A stretch of 37,480 nt of DNA from an uncultured Chthonomonas sp. (GCA_964627705.1 CAZVHE010000005.1:1-37480), one strand, 5' to 3'. Shown: positions 1 through 9,492, counted from the stretch's first letter. The notes: a model not told the origin generated them from the sequence alone. Program-made: numbers and translations.

Positions 1-57
1 GGCCGAGAAAAAAACACGAGCCGGACGCCCCCTGCCAACTAGCGCTGATGAGTCGAG

Positions 58-86
58 ATTGTAGAAAGTGGCACGATTCCTGTCAA
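58..86 (-). promoter_or_regulatory. Near-consensus sigma70 promoter firing leftwards, divergent from terS
   Basis: Minus strand reads TTGACA (86-81), 17 nt spacer, TACAAT (63-58). Confidence 0.7.
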
Positions 87-98
87 GGACGGAAGAAA

Positions 99-536
99 AT
101 GGGACTAAGGGGACCGAAGCCCAAGCCCAAGACGGTGGCGACAGCCGAGGGGCTGAACCTGTTGACCGAGCTTCCCGACCCGCCGCTCAAGCTGTCAGAG
201 GATGAGCGCGCGCATTACGACCGCTTGGGCGCCAAGCTGATCGAGTGTGGGTTGCTAACCGACCGCGACCTTGACGTGCTGGCGCAGGCCGCGATCCACA
301 CGGCCGAGAGCGAGGCGTTGCGGGCGATCATCGCGGCCGAGGGCTGGCACATGCGAACCGAAACCGGCGCGATGAAGGCGCATCCGTTGTGCAACCAGTA
401 CAACACGGCCGGCAACATGCGGCTGATGTGCCTCGACCGCCTGGGCATGTCGCCAGAGAAGCGCACGCGTGTGAAGCCTGGCAAGCCCGAGGTGCAAGAC
501 GAAAAGCCGGACGCCTACTTTGGGAGGAAGCCATGA
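99..536 (+). CDS. terS: Terminase small subunit, P27 family
   Basis: MGLRGPKPKP N-terminus, PDPP..L, KAHP, LGMSPEKRTRV motifs; upstream of terL; start moved to ATG 99. Confidence 0.88.
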   Translation: MGLRGPKPKPKTVATAEGLNLLTELPDPPLKLSEDERAHYDRLGAKLIECGLLTDRDLDVLAQAAIHTAESEALRAIIAAEGWHMRTETGAMKAHPLCNQYNTAGNMRLMCLDRLGMSPEKRTRVKPGKPEVQDEKPDAYFGRKP

Positions 537-769
537 ACTGGGCACTTGTTCGCCCCGGTCTTTACAGGACCACCGGCGTGTTGGTCGACCTGCGAGCTAC
601 CGACAACGGCGATGCTTGGCACTGGACGGTCTCGGCCGTATGTGGCAAAGTGATCGCATCGGGCGACAGCGCCACCGCCGAAGCCGCGCGTTGCGCCTGC
701 GAGGCCAAGGCGCTTGACATGCTGAAAGCCGACCTTGACGCCATCCTTGCCAGTGAAGGCTTGCCATGA
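533..769 (+). CDS. Hypothetical protein
   Basis: ATGA overlap with terS stop; GGAGG upstream. Confidence 0.6.
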   Translation: MNWALVRPGLYRTTGVLVDLRATDNGDAWHWTVSAVCGKVIASGDSATAEAARCACEAKALDMLKADLDAILASEGLP

Positions 770-821
770 TACCAAGTGACCGCGCATGCGGCGAACAACT
801 GACCATGCCCAAGGAGGCGCC

Positions 822-1001
822 ATGACTGCGCGTGGTGGAAGCATCATCGACAGGTTTATCGAGATGTGCAAGAACGAGATTCGGACTGTCCAGAAACAAG
901 AAGGCGCGCCGGGCTTGGCCGATTTGCACCATGCGCTTCAAGAACTGCAAAGGGTGAAGGATGAGCGATTGAACAAGAGTAAAAAGGAGGACCAATCGTG
1001 A
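822..1001 (+). CDS. Hypothetical protein
   Basis: AAGGAGG RBS before ATG 822; GTGA coupling to next gene. Confidence 0.55.
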   Translation: MTARGGSIIDRFIEMCKNEIRTVQKQEGAPGLADLHHALQELQRVKDERLNKSKKEDQS

Positions 1002-1411
1002 AGCCTTTGGACCTGTGTCTGAGTTGGTGGGCGGACGACCCTAAAGTTTCGCCCGAAGAGTGTTCCGGGTATTGGTGCATGAATACCTTGGATGGTGGAG
1101 CCACGCCGGTCAAGGTCGTTCGGCATCGCCCCGGTTCTATGACTTGGGATGCTGTTGTTTTTGGGTTCAAGTATGAGGGCTTCGCGTCTGCGGAAAGCGC
1201 CGCCAAGCACGCCGAATGGTTGTTCGCCCGGGAGCTTGAAAAGTGGGTTCGCGACATGGGCGGGCGCGTGGCATGGTCGGATGAGGAGCGAACGTGCCCA
1301 CCTGAAGACAGGGAAGCGCTTAGATGGCGCGCTGGTGAGTTTGAGAGGCATAACTTGTGGCCGGGCGCCTTGTTGGAAGAAGATAAGCCGAAGAGCCAAG
1401 TGCATGGCTAA
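998..1411 (+). CDS. Hypothetical protein
   Basis: AGGAGG RBS, GTG start overlapping the upstream stop; stop overlaps terL start. Confidence 0.6.
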   Translation: MKPLDLCLSWWADDPKVSPEECSGYWCMNTLDGGATPVKVVRHRPGSMTWDAVVFGFKYEGFASAESAAKHAEWLFARELEKWVRDMGGRVAWSDEERTCPPEDREALRWRAGEFERHNLWPGALLEEDKPKSQVHG

Positions 1412-3047
1412 CTCCCCTTGGCAACGCTGGTGCGCCGCTGTTCCCGGCCGGGTGCTGCCCGGCGGATACGATGCCGACGCCACCGCCGGCCCCGGGGACA
1501 CGTTCAACCGGGCCAAAGCGGAACACGCCATCGGCTTCATCGAGGGGCATTGCCGGCACGTGGAAGGCACCGAGGCGGGAAAGCCCGTCATTCTGCAACC
1601 GTGGCAACAGGCGTTCGTCGGCGCCATCTTCGGGTGGCAGCGGGAAGATGGGACAAGGCGCTACCGCGAGGTGTTCCTGTACGTCCCGCGCAAGAACGGC
1701 AAGACGCTGTTGGCGGCAGCCATTGGCCTTTACGTCCTGTTCTTTGACGGCGAGCAAGCGGCGCAATGTTACTGCGCAGCGGCCGACCGAGACCAAGCGA
1801 CCATCGTTTTCCGCGCGGCATCGGGCATGATCGACCGAAGCCCCGAGATGCGGGCGCGGGCCGAAGTGCAGGTAGGCTACAAGAAGATTCGCCTGAACCA
1901 AGACCAGCACTCTTTCCTCAAGGCGATCAGCAGCGAGGCCAGTTCCAAGCACGGCTTCAACACGCACTTTGCGGTGATCGACGAGCTGCACGCCCAGCCG
2001 GACGGGTCACTGTTTGAGGCGCTGGAAACGTCGACCGCCAGCCGCCGCCAGCCGTTGATTGTCAGCATCACGACGGCCGACTTCGAGCGGGTGAGCCTGT
2101 GCAACCAGAAACGCGCGTACGCCGACCGCGTGCGCACTGGCGAGATTTCGGCCCGCGAGTTCCTGCCGGTCATCTATGAGATGCCGGCGGGCATGGACTG
2201 GAAAACCGAAGAAGCATGGCGGGCGGCCAACCCAAACGCCGGCGTGGCTTTCCCGCTGGACTACTTGCGCGACGCGTGCCGCAAGGCACAGGACATGCCG
2301 ACGTTTGAGAACAGCTTCAAGCGCCTGCACCTCAACATCCGAACCCAGCAGGATCGACGCTGGATCACGATGGAGAGTTGGGACTTGTGCGCCGGCAACG
2401 TGCCCGACGAAACACTGCTGGGGCGCGAGTGCTACGCCGGGCTTGACCTGTCGAGCACGTCGGACATTACAGCGTTTGTGATGCTGTTCCCAAACGCGGG
2501 CGGGCAGGGAAAGCACGTCGTTCGGTGCCACTTCTGGGTTCCCGGCGAGAACGGCCCCAAGCGCGAGAAGCGCGACGCGGTGCCCTACATGACGTGGGAA
2601 CGGCAAGGGCTGGTCGAGTTCACCGAGGGCAACGTCATTGACGAGGCCCGCATCGAGCAAGCCATCGTCGAGTATTCGCGCAAGTACCGCATCCTTGAAG
2701 TGCCCTACGATCCGTGGCGCGCCACCACGTTCGCCACGATGATGAAGGACAAGCACGGGCTGAACATGATCGAGTTCCGGCAGGGCACCACGTCCATGAA
2801 CGAACCCTGCCAGTCGCTTGAGGCGATGCTCAAGACCGGATCGCTGATGCACGGCGGGCACCCGGTCCTGCGTTGGATGGCGGGCAATGTGCAGGTTGTC
2901 GAGAACAACGGCATGATCCGCCCGGACAAAGGAAGCTCGGGCGAGAAGATTGACGGCATCGTGGCGCTGGTGATGGCGATTGGCCGGGCGCGGATTGGCA
3001 TGGCCTCGCCGGCCAAGGCAGTGGATTACACTCTGTACTGGGCGTGA
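1404..3047 (+). CDS. terL: Terminase large subunit
   Basis: LQPWQ, Walker A VPRKNGKT, Walker B AVIDELH, nuclease GLDLS and KIDGIVALVMA; start re-assigned to ATG 1404. Confidence 0.96.
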   Translation: MANSPWQRWCAAVPGRVLPGGYDADATAGPGDTFNRAKAEHAIGFIEGHCRHVEGTEAGKPVILQPWQQAFVGAIFGWQREDGTRRYREVFLYVPRKNGKTLLAAAIGLYVLFFDGEQAAQCYCAAADRDQATIVFRAASGMIDRSPEMRARAEVQVGYKKIRLNQDQHSFLKAISSEASSKHGFNTHFAVIDELHAQPDGSLFEALETSTASRRQPLIVSITTADFERVSLCNQKRAYADRVRTGEISAREFLPVIYEMPAGMDWKTEEAWRAANPNAGVAFPLDYLRDACRKAQDMPTFENSFKRLHLNIRTQQDRRWITMESWDLCAGNVPDETLLGRECYAGLDLSSTSDITAFVMLFPNAGGQGKHVVRCHFWVPGENGPKREKRDAVPYMTWERQGLVEFTEGNVIDEARIEQAIVEYSRKYRILEVPYDPWRATTFATMMKDKHGLNMIEFRQGTTSMNEPCQSLEAMLKTGSLMHGGHPVLRWMAGNVQVVENNGMIRPDKGSSGEKIDGIVALVMAIGRARIGMASPAKAVDYTLYWA

Positions 3048-3051
3048 GGCT

Positions 3052-3216
3052 ATGGCTCGCACACCGAAGGCGTTTGCGTTGCGCTTGAAGGCTGCCGACC
3101 TGATTCGGCGCGGGTACACGCTGGAGCAGGCCGCCAAGATGCTGAACGTCACTGGCGCTAGGCTCCGGCGCGACATCAAGCGCGGGATGGTTCGTCGGGC
3201 CAAAAACAAGGGTTGA
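3052..3216 (+). CDS. Small basic HTH DNA-binding protein
   Basis: GYTLEQAAKMLNVTGARLRRDI helix-turn-helix pattern. Confidence 0.65.
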   Translation: MARTPKAFALRLKAADLIRRGYTLEQAAKMLNVTGARLRRDIKRGMVRRAKNKG

Positions 3217-3226
3217 CGGTGGCTCG
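3213..3226 (+). promoter_or_regulatory. Putative late promoter motif, copy 1 (before portal)
   Basis: TTGACGGTGGCTCG, identical to copies at 5365, 10049 and 15243. Confidence 0.7.
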
Positions 3227-3260
3227 GCAGACGGTCCCCGCCTAGCGCGAGGGGCCGAGA

Positions 3261-4553
3261 ATGAAACTGCTTGGACGCATCGCCCAGTCGCTTCGCTTTG
3301 CCGCCAACCCGTCGGCTTGGTATCTGACGCGCCGCGCCATCTACGGCTACCAGCCCGAACGCGACGGGGCTTCGCTGACCCCGCCCGACCCGGGCATTCA
3401 GCGCGACCCGATGAGCCTGGCGGCCTATGCCGCTTGCATCCGCGTGTTGTCGGAGGACATTGGCAAGCTGCCCGTGCGAGTCATTCGCCGCGAAGGCCGC
3501 GTGGCAACGCCGCTGACCGACTCGCCCGTGTATGCGCTGGTAGCCCGCCGACCGAACCCCTTCACGACCAGCCAAGCGTTTCGAGAAGCGCTCATGGCGG
3601 ATGCGCTTTCGTGGGGCAACGGCTACGCGTGGATTGAGCGGAACTCACGCGGGGACGCCGAAGCGCTTTGGCCGATTTCCGCCCACCGTGTCGAGGTTGT
3701 CCGCGACGGCCGCACGATCCGTTACAAGGTCCGCGCGGAGAACCCGCCGGATGGCATTCCCGCCGTGCTGTTCCCCGACGAGATGCTGCACATCCGCAAC
3801 TTGGGCAATGCCTACGTCGGGCATTCGGTGTGCGCGCTGGCGGCCGGCACCATCGAGCTGGCGATGTCAACCGAGATTTTCGGCACGACGCTGTTTCGCA
3901 ACGGGGCGATGGCGCGCGCAGTGATCGAGTTGCCGCCCGGGCAAATCATGGACAAGGAAGCCGCTGACCGCTTCATGGCTTCGTGGCGCCAGATGCACGC
4001 GGGGGCCGACAACACCAACCGTGTCGTTCTGATGCCTTCTGGGATGCAGCTCAAGCCCATCAGCATTCCCAACGACCAAGCCCAGTTCCTCGAAACGCGC
4101 CAGTTCCAAGTGACTGAAATCTGCCGCTGGTTCCGCATCCCGCCGCACATGGTCGCGTCGCTGGACAAAGCCACGTTCTCCAACATCGAAGAGCAGGCGC
4201 GCGGCTACGTCACTGAAGCGTTGATGCCTTGGGTCAAGCGCTGGGAGTCGGAGCTTGAGGCCAAGCTGCTGAACAAAGAGCCCGGAACGTCGATTGCCCT
4301 TGAGTTGAAGGGGCTGCTTCGCGGCACCCACAAGGACCGAGCGGAATACTACTCCAAGCTATTCCAAATGGGCGCCATCACGCCCAACGAAATCCGCGAC
4401 CTTGAGGACATGAACCCTGTGCCCGATGGCGACAAGGCTTTCGTCCAAACCAATCTGACCACACTGGAGAACGCCGGCAAGCTACCCGAGCCCGCCCCGG
4501 CGCCCACGCCTACACCCGAACAAGAGGATTCGAGCGATGAACAAGCGAGTTGA
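3261..4553 (+). CDS. Portal protein, HK97 family
   Basis: ACIRVLSEDIGKLP, RPNP, WGNGY, AQFLETRQF, ICRWFRIPP, TPNEIR motifs. Confidence 0.96.
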   Translation: MKLLGRIAQSLRFAANPSAWYLTRRAIYGYQPERDGASLTPPDPGIQRDPMSLAAYAACIRVLSEDIGKLPVRVIRREGRVATPLTDSPVYALVARRPNPFTTSQAFREALMADALSWGNGYAWIERNSRGDAEALWPISAHRVEVVRDGRTIRYKVRAENPPDGIPAVLFPDEMLHIRNLGNAYVGHSVCALAAGTIELAMSTEIFGTTLFRNGAMARAVIELPPGQIMDKEAADRFMASWRQMHAGADNTNRVVLMPSGMQLKPISIPNDQAQFLETRQFQVTEICRWFRIPPHMVASLDKATFSNIEEQARGYVTEALMPWVKRWESELEAKLLNKEPGTSIALELKGLLRGTHKDRAEYYSKLFQMGAITPNEIRDLEDMNPVPDGDKAFVQTNLTTLENAGKLPEPAPAPTPTPEQEDSSDEQAS

Positions 4554-5355
4554 GTTGCTGAGCATCAAGGGTGTCTGGGCCGCCAATGCCGCGTTCGTCG
4601 AGCGCGTCGTCCAGCAGGCGTTCGACATTGACCTGACCGGAGAGTTTGCCAACAGCGCGCCAATCACGATGGTCGGCGATGTGGCGGTGATTCCGATCAG
4701 CGGCACGATGGTCAAGGGCGCTTCGTGGTGGGGCTACAACACGCAAGACCTACGGGCGTCGTTGCGCGAGGCCGTGGCCAACAAGAAGGTGGCCGGAATC
4801 GTCCTCGACGTTGACTCGCCTGGCGGGTCGGTCGATGGCATGGCCGCGCTGGTGGACGATCTGCAAGACGCCCGCCGCGCCAAGCCTGTTGTGGCCTACG
4901 TTGAGGACACGGCAGCAAGCGCTGCGTATTGGGCGGCCGCTCAGGCCGACAAGATCATTGCCGGCCGGGCTGCCGACCTCGGGTCCATCGGCGTCTATGC
5001 CGTCGTTGTGGATTCCAGCGTGCGTGCTGAGAAGATGGGGCTGAAGGTCCACGTCGTGAAGTCGGCCCCCGGCAAGGGCGTTGGCGCTGGTGGCACGGAA
5101 ATCACGGATGAGCAGTTGGCCGATCTGCAAGGCATGGTGGATCGCTCTCACGAGGACTTCGTGGCCAGCGTGGCCAACGGCCGCCGCATGACCATGGAAC
5201 GCGCGGATTCGCTCGCGACTGGCAAGTTGTATTCGGCTCGCGATGCGGTGGCGAACGGCTTGGCCGACAGCATCGGCCGCATGACGGACGCCATCGAAAC
5301 GGCGCGGCAGTTGGCCAACGCGCGACGCGCCAACGAGTCGATGCGCATTTTCTGA
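4537..5355 (+). CDS. Prohead protease, S49 (SppA/lambda C-like) peptidase
   Basis: LDVDSPGG, AASAAYW, GSIGV motifs; between portal and capsid. Confidence 0.93.
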   Translation: MNKRVELLSIKGVWAANAAFVERVVQQAFDIDLTGEFANSAPITMVGDVAVIPISGTMVKGASWWGYNTQDLRASLREAVANKKVAGIVLDVDSPGGSVDGMAALVDDLQDARRAKPVVAYVEDTAASAAYWAAAQADKIIAGRAADLGSIGVYAVVVDSSVRAEKMGLKVHVVKSAPGKGVGAGGTEITDEQLADLQGMVDRSHEDFVASVANGRRMTMERADSLATGKLYSARDAVANGLADSIGRMTDAIETARQLANARRANESMRIF

Positions 5356-5364
5356 AAAAAGTGT

Positions 5365-5378
5365 TTGACGGTGGCTCG
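5365..5378 (+). promoter_or_regulatory. Putative late promoter motif, copy 2 (before major capsid)
   Basis: TTGACGGTGGCTCG in the intergenic gap. Confidence 0.7.
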
Positions 5379-5426
5379 ACGCCGGCGCGCGAGGTCTAGG
5401 CACCATCGCGTCGGAGGCGAGAACAC

Positions 5427-6737
5427 ATGAAGAGCCCCACTGAACTGCGCACCCAGAAGGCCGCCGTCCTCGACAGCATCAAGACGCTGCGCGCCAAGGC
5501 GACCGAGAAGCCGGGCGAGTTCTCGGCCGAAGACCAGACCAAGCTTGCCGAGGCCCTGAATCAGGCCAGCACGCTGGATCAGGAAATCAACGCGGCTGAG
5601 ATTGCGCGCGAGCAACTGGCCAAGGCGGATGAGCTTCTGAGCGCCGCCGCTGTTGTGCCCAACACGCCAGCCCCCACCACGCCGGTCACGGTTTCGAGCC
5701 GCACGCCCGCGTCGCGCAAGGCCCGCGAGCTGTTCGGCAACGACACCAAGCGCGCTCAGGAAGCTGGCGATTGGTTCAAGTCGCGCTTCCTCGCCACGGC
5801 CACCACGCTGGTCAACAGCAACGCCGGATATCTGGTGCCCGACGCCATTCAGGCCGACATCATCAAGCTCCGCGAAGCGCGCGGCACGTTCCGCCAGTTC
5901 GCCCGCGTTATCCCCATGTCGGCGCCGATGATCAAGGTTCCGCGCTGGCGCTCTGGCCTGACGGTGTACTACCCCGGCGAGGCGCCCACCTCGGCCATCA
6001 CGGAATCCAACAGCGCCTATGACCGCGTGACGCTTGAGCCCAAGACCTACTCGGTCTTGACCAAGTGGAGCATGGAACTCGCGATGGATTCGGCCGTGGA
6101 CTTCGCCGCTCAGATGATCGACGACGCGGCCTATGCGTTCGCCGATGCCGAAGACAACAACGCGTTCAACGGCACGGGCGCTTCGACGTTCGCCGGTGTG
6201 CGCGGCATCATGAAACTGGCCACCGATTCGGCTTATGCCGGCGGCGTCGTGACGGCTGGCTCGGGCGAAACCGGCCCGGAGACCATCAAGATCGACACGC
6301 TGCTGCGCATGATCTCGACGCTGCCCGACTACGCCCGCTCCGGCGCCGCGTGGTACTGCTCGCCCACAATCGCGTCGCTGCTGTTCTACCGCGCCAAGCT
6401 GTCGTCCAGCGGCGCTCTGGCGGCCGGCAACAGCGCCGACAACCTGACGGGCGCCCCGGTGCCCACGTTCCTCGGCTACCCCATCCGCACCTCGCGCCGC
6501 CTGTACTCGACGGCCGGTGCGGCCACCTCCACGGTGATTCTGTTCTTCGGCAATCTGGCCCAAGCCTCGACCCTTGGCGAACGCGGCAATGTTGAGTTCC
6601 GCCAGTTGAACGAGCGCTTCGCCGACACGAACGAGATCGCCCTGATCGCCAACCAGCGCGTGTCCATCGTCAACCACGAGCTTGGCGACACGACCAACGC
6701 GGGCTCGATCATCTGGCTCAAGACCGCCGCTTCGTAA
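5427..6737 (+). CDS. Major capsid protein, HK97 fold with N-terminal delta (scaffold) domain
   Basis: Coiled-coil N-terminus, GYLVP, FNGTG, TFLGYPI, FGNL motifs; GGAGG RBS; strong codon bias. Confidence 0.93.
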   Translation: MKSPTELRTQKAAVLDSIKTLRAKATEKPGEFSAEDQTKLAEALNQASTLDQEINAAEIAREQLAKADELLSAAAVVPNTPAPTTPVTVSSRTPASRKARELFGNDTKRAQEAGDWFKSRFLATATTLVNSNAGYLVPDAIQADIIKLREARGTFRQFARVIPMSAPMIKVPRWRSGLTVYYPGEAPTSAITESNSAYDRVTLEPKTYSVLTKWSMELAMDSAVDFAAQMIDDAAYAFADAEDNNAFNGTGASTFAGVRGIMKLATDSAYAGGVVTAGSGETGPETIKIDTLLRMISTLPDYARSGAAWYCSPTIASLLFYRAKLSSSGALAAGNSADNLTGAPVPTFLGYPIRTSRRLYSTAGAATSTVILFFGNLAQASTLGERGNVEFRQLNERFADTNEIALIANQRVSIVNHELGDTTNAGSIIWLKTAAS

Positions 6738-6794
6738 GAAGAGCAAGCCGAGCGAAACCGGCCCTGAACCCTTTCCCTTGGAGGTGATCCTACG

Positions 6795-7220
6795 ATGGCA
6801 CAGTCCAACCGCACCACTCGCTCGGCTTGGCTCTTCAACGCTCAGGCCTGCACGCATGGCAACACCGCCACGGCGAACGTCGACACGCTAGACGCCGGCC
6901 GCGTCACCATCAACGTCAACGCTGCGCTGGCTGGTGCCGGCACGGCGCCGACTCTGGTGGTCAGCACCAGCGACAGCACGGCCACCGATTCGTTCGTCAC
7001 GGCGGGTTCGGCTACGGTCGGCACCGCTGGCGTCAAGGTCGTGGTCAATCAGTCCAACCGCAAGCGCTACGTCCGCATCGCGGTCACGGCGCCCAGCGGC
7101 TCGACGAACAGCAACGCCACGCTTTCGGCGGTGGCTGAGTTGTACGACCTGCGTCAGGAACCGGCCAGCACGACCGACATGGTTCAGTCCAGCGGCCAGG
7201 TCATCAGCGTTACCGCCTGA
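6795..7220 (+). CDS. Putative capsid decoration/cement protein
   Basis: GGAGG RBS; Thr/Ala/Val-rich beta protein with KRYVRI motif, directly after the capsid gene and before a terminator. Confidence 0.6.
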   Translation: MAQSNRTTRSAWLFNAQACTHGNTATANVDTLDAGRVTINVNAALAGAGTAPTLVVSTSDSTATDSFVTAGSATVGTAGVKVVVNQSNRKRYVRIAVTAPSGSTNSNATLSAVAELYDLRQEPASTTDMVQSSGQVISVTA

Positions 7221-7250
7221 CCGGGAACCACAACAGCGGAATCAACCAAA

Positions 7251-7276
7251 GGCCCGGCTCACCGTCGGGCCTTTTT
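7251..7276 (+). terminator. Rho-independent terminator after capsid/decoration genes
   Basis: GGCCCGGC-TCACC-GTCGGGCC stem followed by TTTTT. Confidence 0.8.
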
Positions 7277-7301
7277 CACAAGGGCCAAGGGGGGCCTTCA
7301 C

Positions 7302-8510
7302 ATGACCAAGCTCGACATTGGAAGCGGCGGAACGCCGTATCCCGGCTTTACATCGTGGGACATCGCGGATGGCAGGGATGCCCGCGACCTATCGGCGCTC
7401 GCCACGGGCAGCGTTGACGAAATCCGCGCTTCACACGTTCTTGAACACCTGAGCTTTGCCGATGCCCAGCACGCGCTGGCCGAGTGGGCGCGTGTGCTCA
7501 AGGTCGGCGGCAAGCTACGCGTGGCCGTGCCCGACATGGATTGGGTCGCCAAGAACATCCGGCACCCGATGGCGCTGCGCTACGTCATGGGCGGGCAGGT
7601 GGACGCCAACGACATTCATCGAAGCGCCTACACCGAGGCCAGCCTGCGCACAGCGATGGAAGCCGCCGGCTTTCAAGTCGCGCGCGAGCGTTGGGTTTCG
7701 GACGCGAAGGACTGCGCTGCGCTTGCCGTGTCGCTGAATCTTGAGGGAACGCGCGTTGACGGAATGGCGGTTCGCGACCCGCTGACCCCCCTTTCGGCGG
7801 ATACCGTGTTCCCCGCCGTCAACGTGCGTGTGATCTGCACCGGCCCGCGCCTTGGCTTCACGGATCATTGGTCGTGTGTGCTCAACACGATCCATGCGCT
7901 TGGCCTGCCGTACAAGTTCGCGACTGGCGCGTTCTGGCATCAGGGCATTGATCGCCTGCTTGACGAGTGCATCGCCGACGGTGTGGACATCGCCATCACG
8001 CTGGATTATGACACGATCTGGCTACCCGAGCAACTGGACTACATGATTCACCAGTTCATGCTCTACCCGAACATCGACGCCTTGGCGCCGGTGCAGCCCA
8101 AGCGCGAAACGGGCGAGGTGCTGCTGAACTGGCTGAACGGGAACCCTGGCGAGATTGATTGCGCGCGGCCGGTCCCCATCGCTACCGCACACTTCGGCAT
8201 GACGCTGTTTCGCGTGGCATCGCTCAAGCGATTCCCCAAGCCGTGGTTGACCGACATTCCCGCGCCCAACGGCGGGTTTGGCGACGGCCGTATTGATCCC
8301 GACATGGCATTCTGGAAGCGATTCCGCGAGGCGGGCCTGAACCTTGCCCTTTGCCCGGCCGTACGCGTGGGCCATCTGGAAAAGCGCGCGGCCAGCTATG
8401 ACGAGAACATGCAACTTGAATACCCCAGCGTCTCCAAGTGGCACGAGAAGAACAAGGCCATGGAGCCTTGGAAGTCCTGGCGTTTCGCCACGAAGGCGGT
8501 GGAACAATGA
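7302..8510 (+). CDS. Class I SAM methyltransferase fused to a GT-A (GT2-like) glycosyltransferase domain
   Basis: N-term LDIGSG, ASHVLEHL, RVLKVGGKLRVAVPD; C-term LDYD (DxD), HFGMTL, DPDMAFWKR, VRVGHLE. Confidence 0.8.
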   Translation: MTKLDIGSGGTPYPGFTSWDIADGRDARDLSALATGSVDEIRASHVLEHLSFADAQHALAEWARVLKVGGKLRVAVPDMDWVAKNIRHPMALRYVMGGQVDANDIHRSAYTEASLRTAMEAAGFQVARERWVSDAKDCAALAVSLNLEGTRVDGMAVRDPLTPLSADTVFPAVNVRVICTGPRLGFTDHWSCVLNTIHALGLPYKFATGAFWHQGIDRLLDECIADGVDIAITLDYDTIWLPEQLDYMIHQFMLYPNIDALAPVQPKRETGEVLLNWLNGNPGEIDCARPVPIATAHFGMTLFRVASLKRFPKPWLTDIPAPNGGFGDGRIDPDMAFWKRFREAGLNLALCPAVRVGHLEKRAASYDENMQLEYPSVSKWHEKNKAMEPWKSWRFATKAVEQ

Positions 8511-9103
8511 TGCGCGGGCTTCTCACTCTTACCACGGCGCGCACATTTGATGCGGTCACTCTGACCGAAGCCAAGGCGCACCTGCGGGTCGACCATGACG
8601 ACGAAGACGATCTGATCGAGGCGCTGATTGACGCGGCGCACGAGGTCGTCGAGCGCGAGACCGGCATTGTGCTGGCGTCTAGTACTTGGCGCCTGACCTT
8701 GCCGGACTGGCCCATCAACTTCGTCGACCTGCGGCCGGGGCCGCTGATCTCGATCACGAGCGTCCAATATTACGATGCCAACGACTCGCTGCAAACGCTG
8801 TCGTCAAGCTACTACCGCACGTTGACGGCTTCCATGCCGGGCCGGTTGGAGTGGGTCGAGAACCTGACGTTGCCCACGCTGTCTACCCGCGACTCTCTGG
8901 ACGTGGTGCGCGTGACCTACGTCCAAGGGTACGCCACGGCGGCCGACATCCCGAAGGCGCTCAAGCAAGCCTGTTTGCTGCTGGTCGGCCACTACTTTGA
9001 GCACCGCGAGGATGCCATCGCCGGAACCATCATCTCGACGATCCCACGCGCGGCCGCGTCGCTCATGTCCATCTACTCTGAACGGAGGGCGCACGCGACA
9101 TGA
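8507..9103 (+). CDS. Head-tail connector (gp6/phiE125 gp8-like)
   Basis: VTLTEAKAHLRVDHDDEDDLI, IPKALKQACLLLVGHYFEHRE. Confidence 0.92.
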   Translation: MMRGLLTLTTARTFDAVTLTEAKAHLRVDHDDEDDLIEALIDAAHEVVERETGIVLASSTWRLTLPDWPINFVDLRPGPLISITSVQYYDANDSLQTLSSSYYRTLTASMPGRLEWVENLTLPTLSTRDSLDVVRVTYVQGYATAADIPKALKQACLLLVGHYFEHREDAIAGTIISTIPRAAASLMSIYSERRAHAT

Positions 9104-9492
9104 GAGCCGGCCGACTGAGCACGCGGTTTGTTTGGCAGCGCCTCACCGTCACTGACGGCGACGACGGGCAGGTGCGCGCGTGGGTAACACAGGGCGGCGT
9201 ATGGGGCGACGTGCGCGAGGCTTCGACCCGCACGCTTCTGGAGAGCGACCAGTTGCTTTCCAGCGGCACGGTGGTTGTCGAGACGCGCGGCGAGGCGACG
9301 ATCCGGCCGAGCGACCGCTTGATCGCCGGCGAGTATTATTTCGAGGTGAATGGCGTATCGCCAGACCGAATGAAACGAGGCATGAACCGTGTCGAATGCA
9401 CGCGCCGGTTGATCCCGGCCGTGGAGTGTACACGCTCGCGCGTTGAATGCGCTGGCTACCTTGTCACCGTGGGGGCTTCGTCCAATGGCTGA
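9100..9492 (+). CDS. Head closure protein (SPP1 gp16-like)
   Basis: MRAGRL..R, DDGQ..W...VWG pattern; follows the connector with ATGA overlap. Confidence 0.75.
   Translation: MRAGRLSTRFVWQRLTVTDGDDGQVRAWVTQGGVWGDVREASTRTLLESDQLLSSGTVVVETRGEATIRPSDRLIAGEYYFEVNGVSPDRMKRGMNRVECTRRLIPAVECTRSRVECAGYLVTVGASSNG

Noticed and set aside
1149-1403. N-terminal extension of terL in the ORF track
   Set aside because: It overlaps the RBS-supported 998-1411 gene; ATG 1404 fits translational coupling.
3220-3236. Late motif as a sigma54 (-24/-12) promoter because of TGGCTCG/TGGCACG
   Set aside because: GG-N10-GC spacing holds in only two of five copies and no TTGC -12 box is conserved.
2007-6857. Long antisense ORFs (2007-3575, 5148-6857; also 27562-29139 on +)
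   Set aside because: They are shadow frames of well-supported genes in high-GC DNA, with no motifs or RBS.
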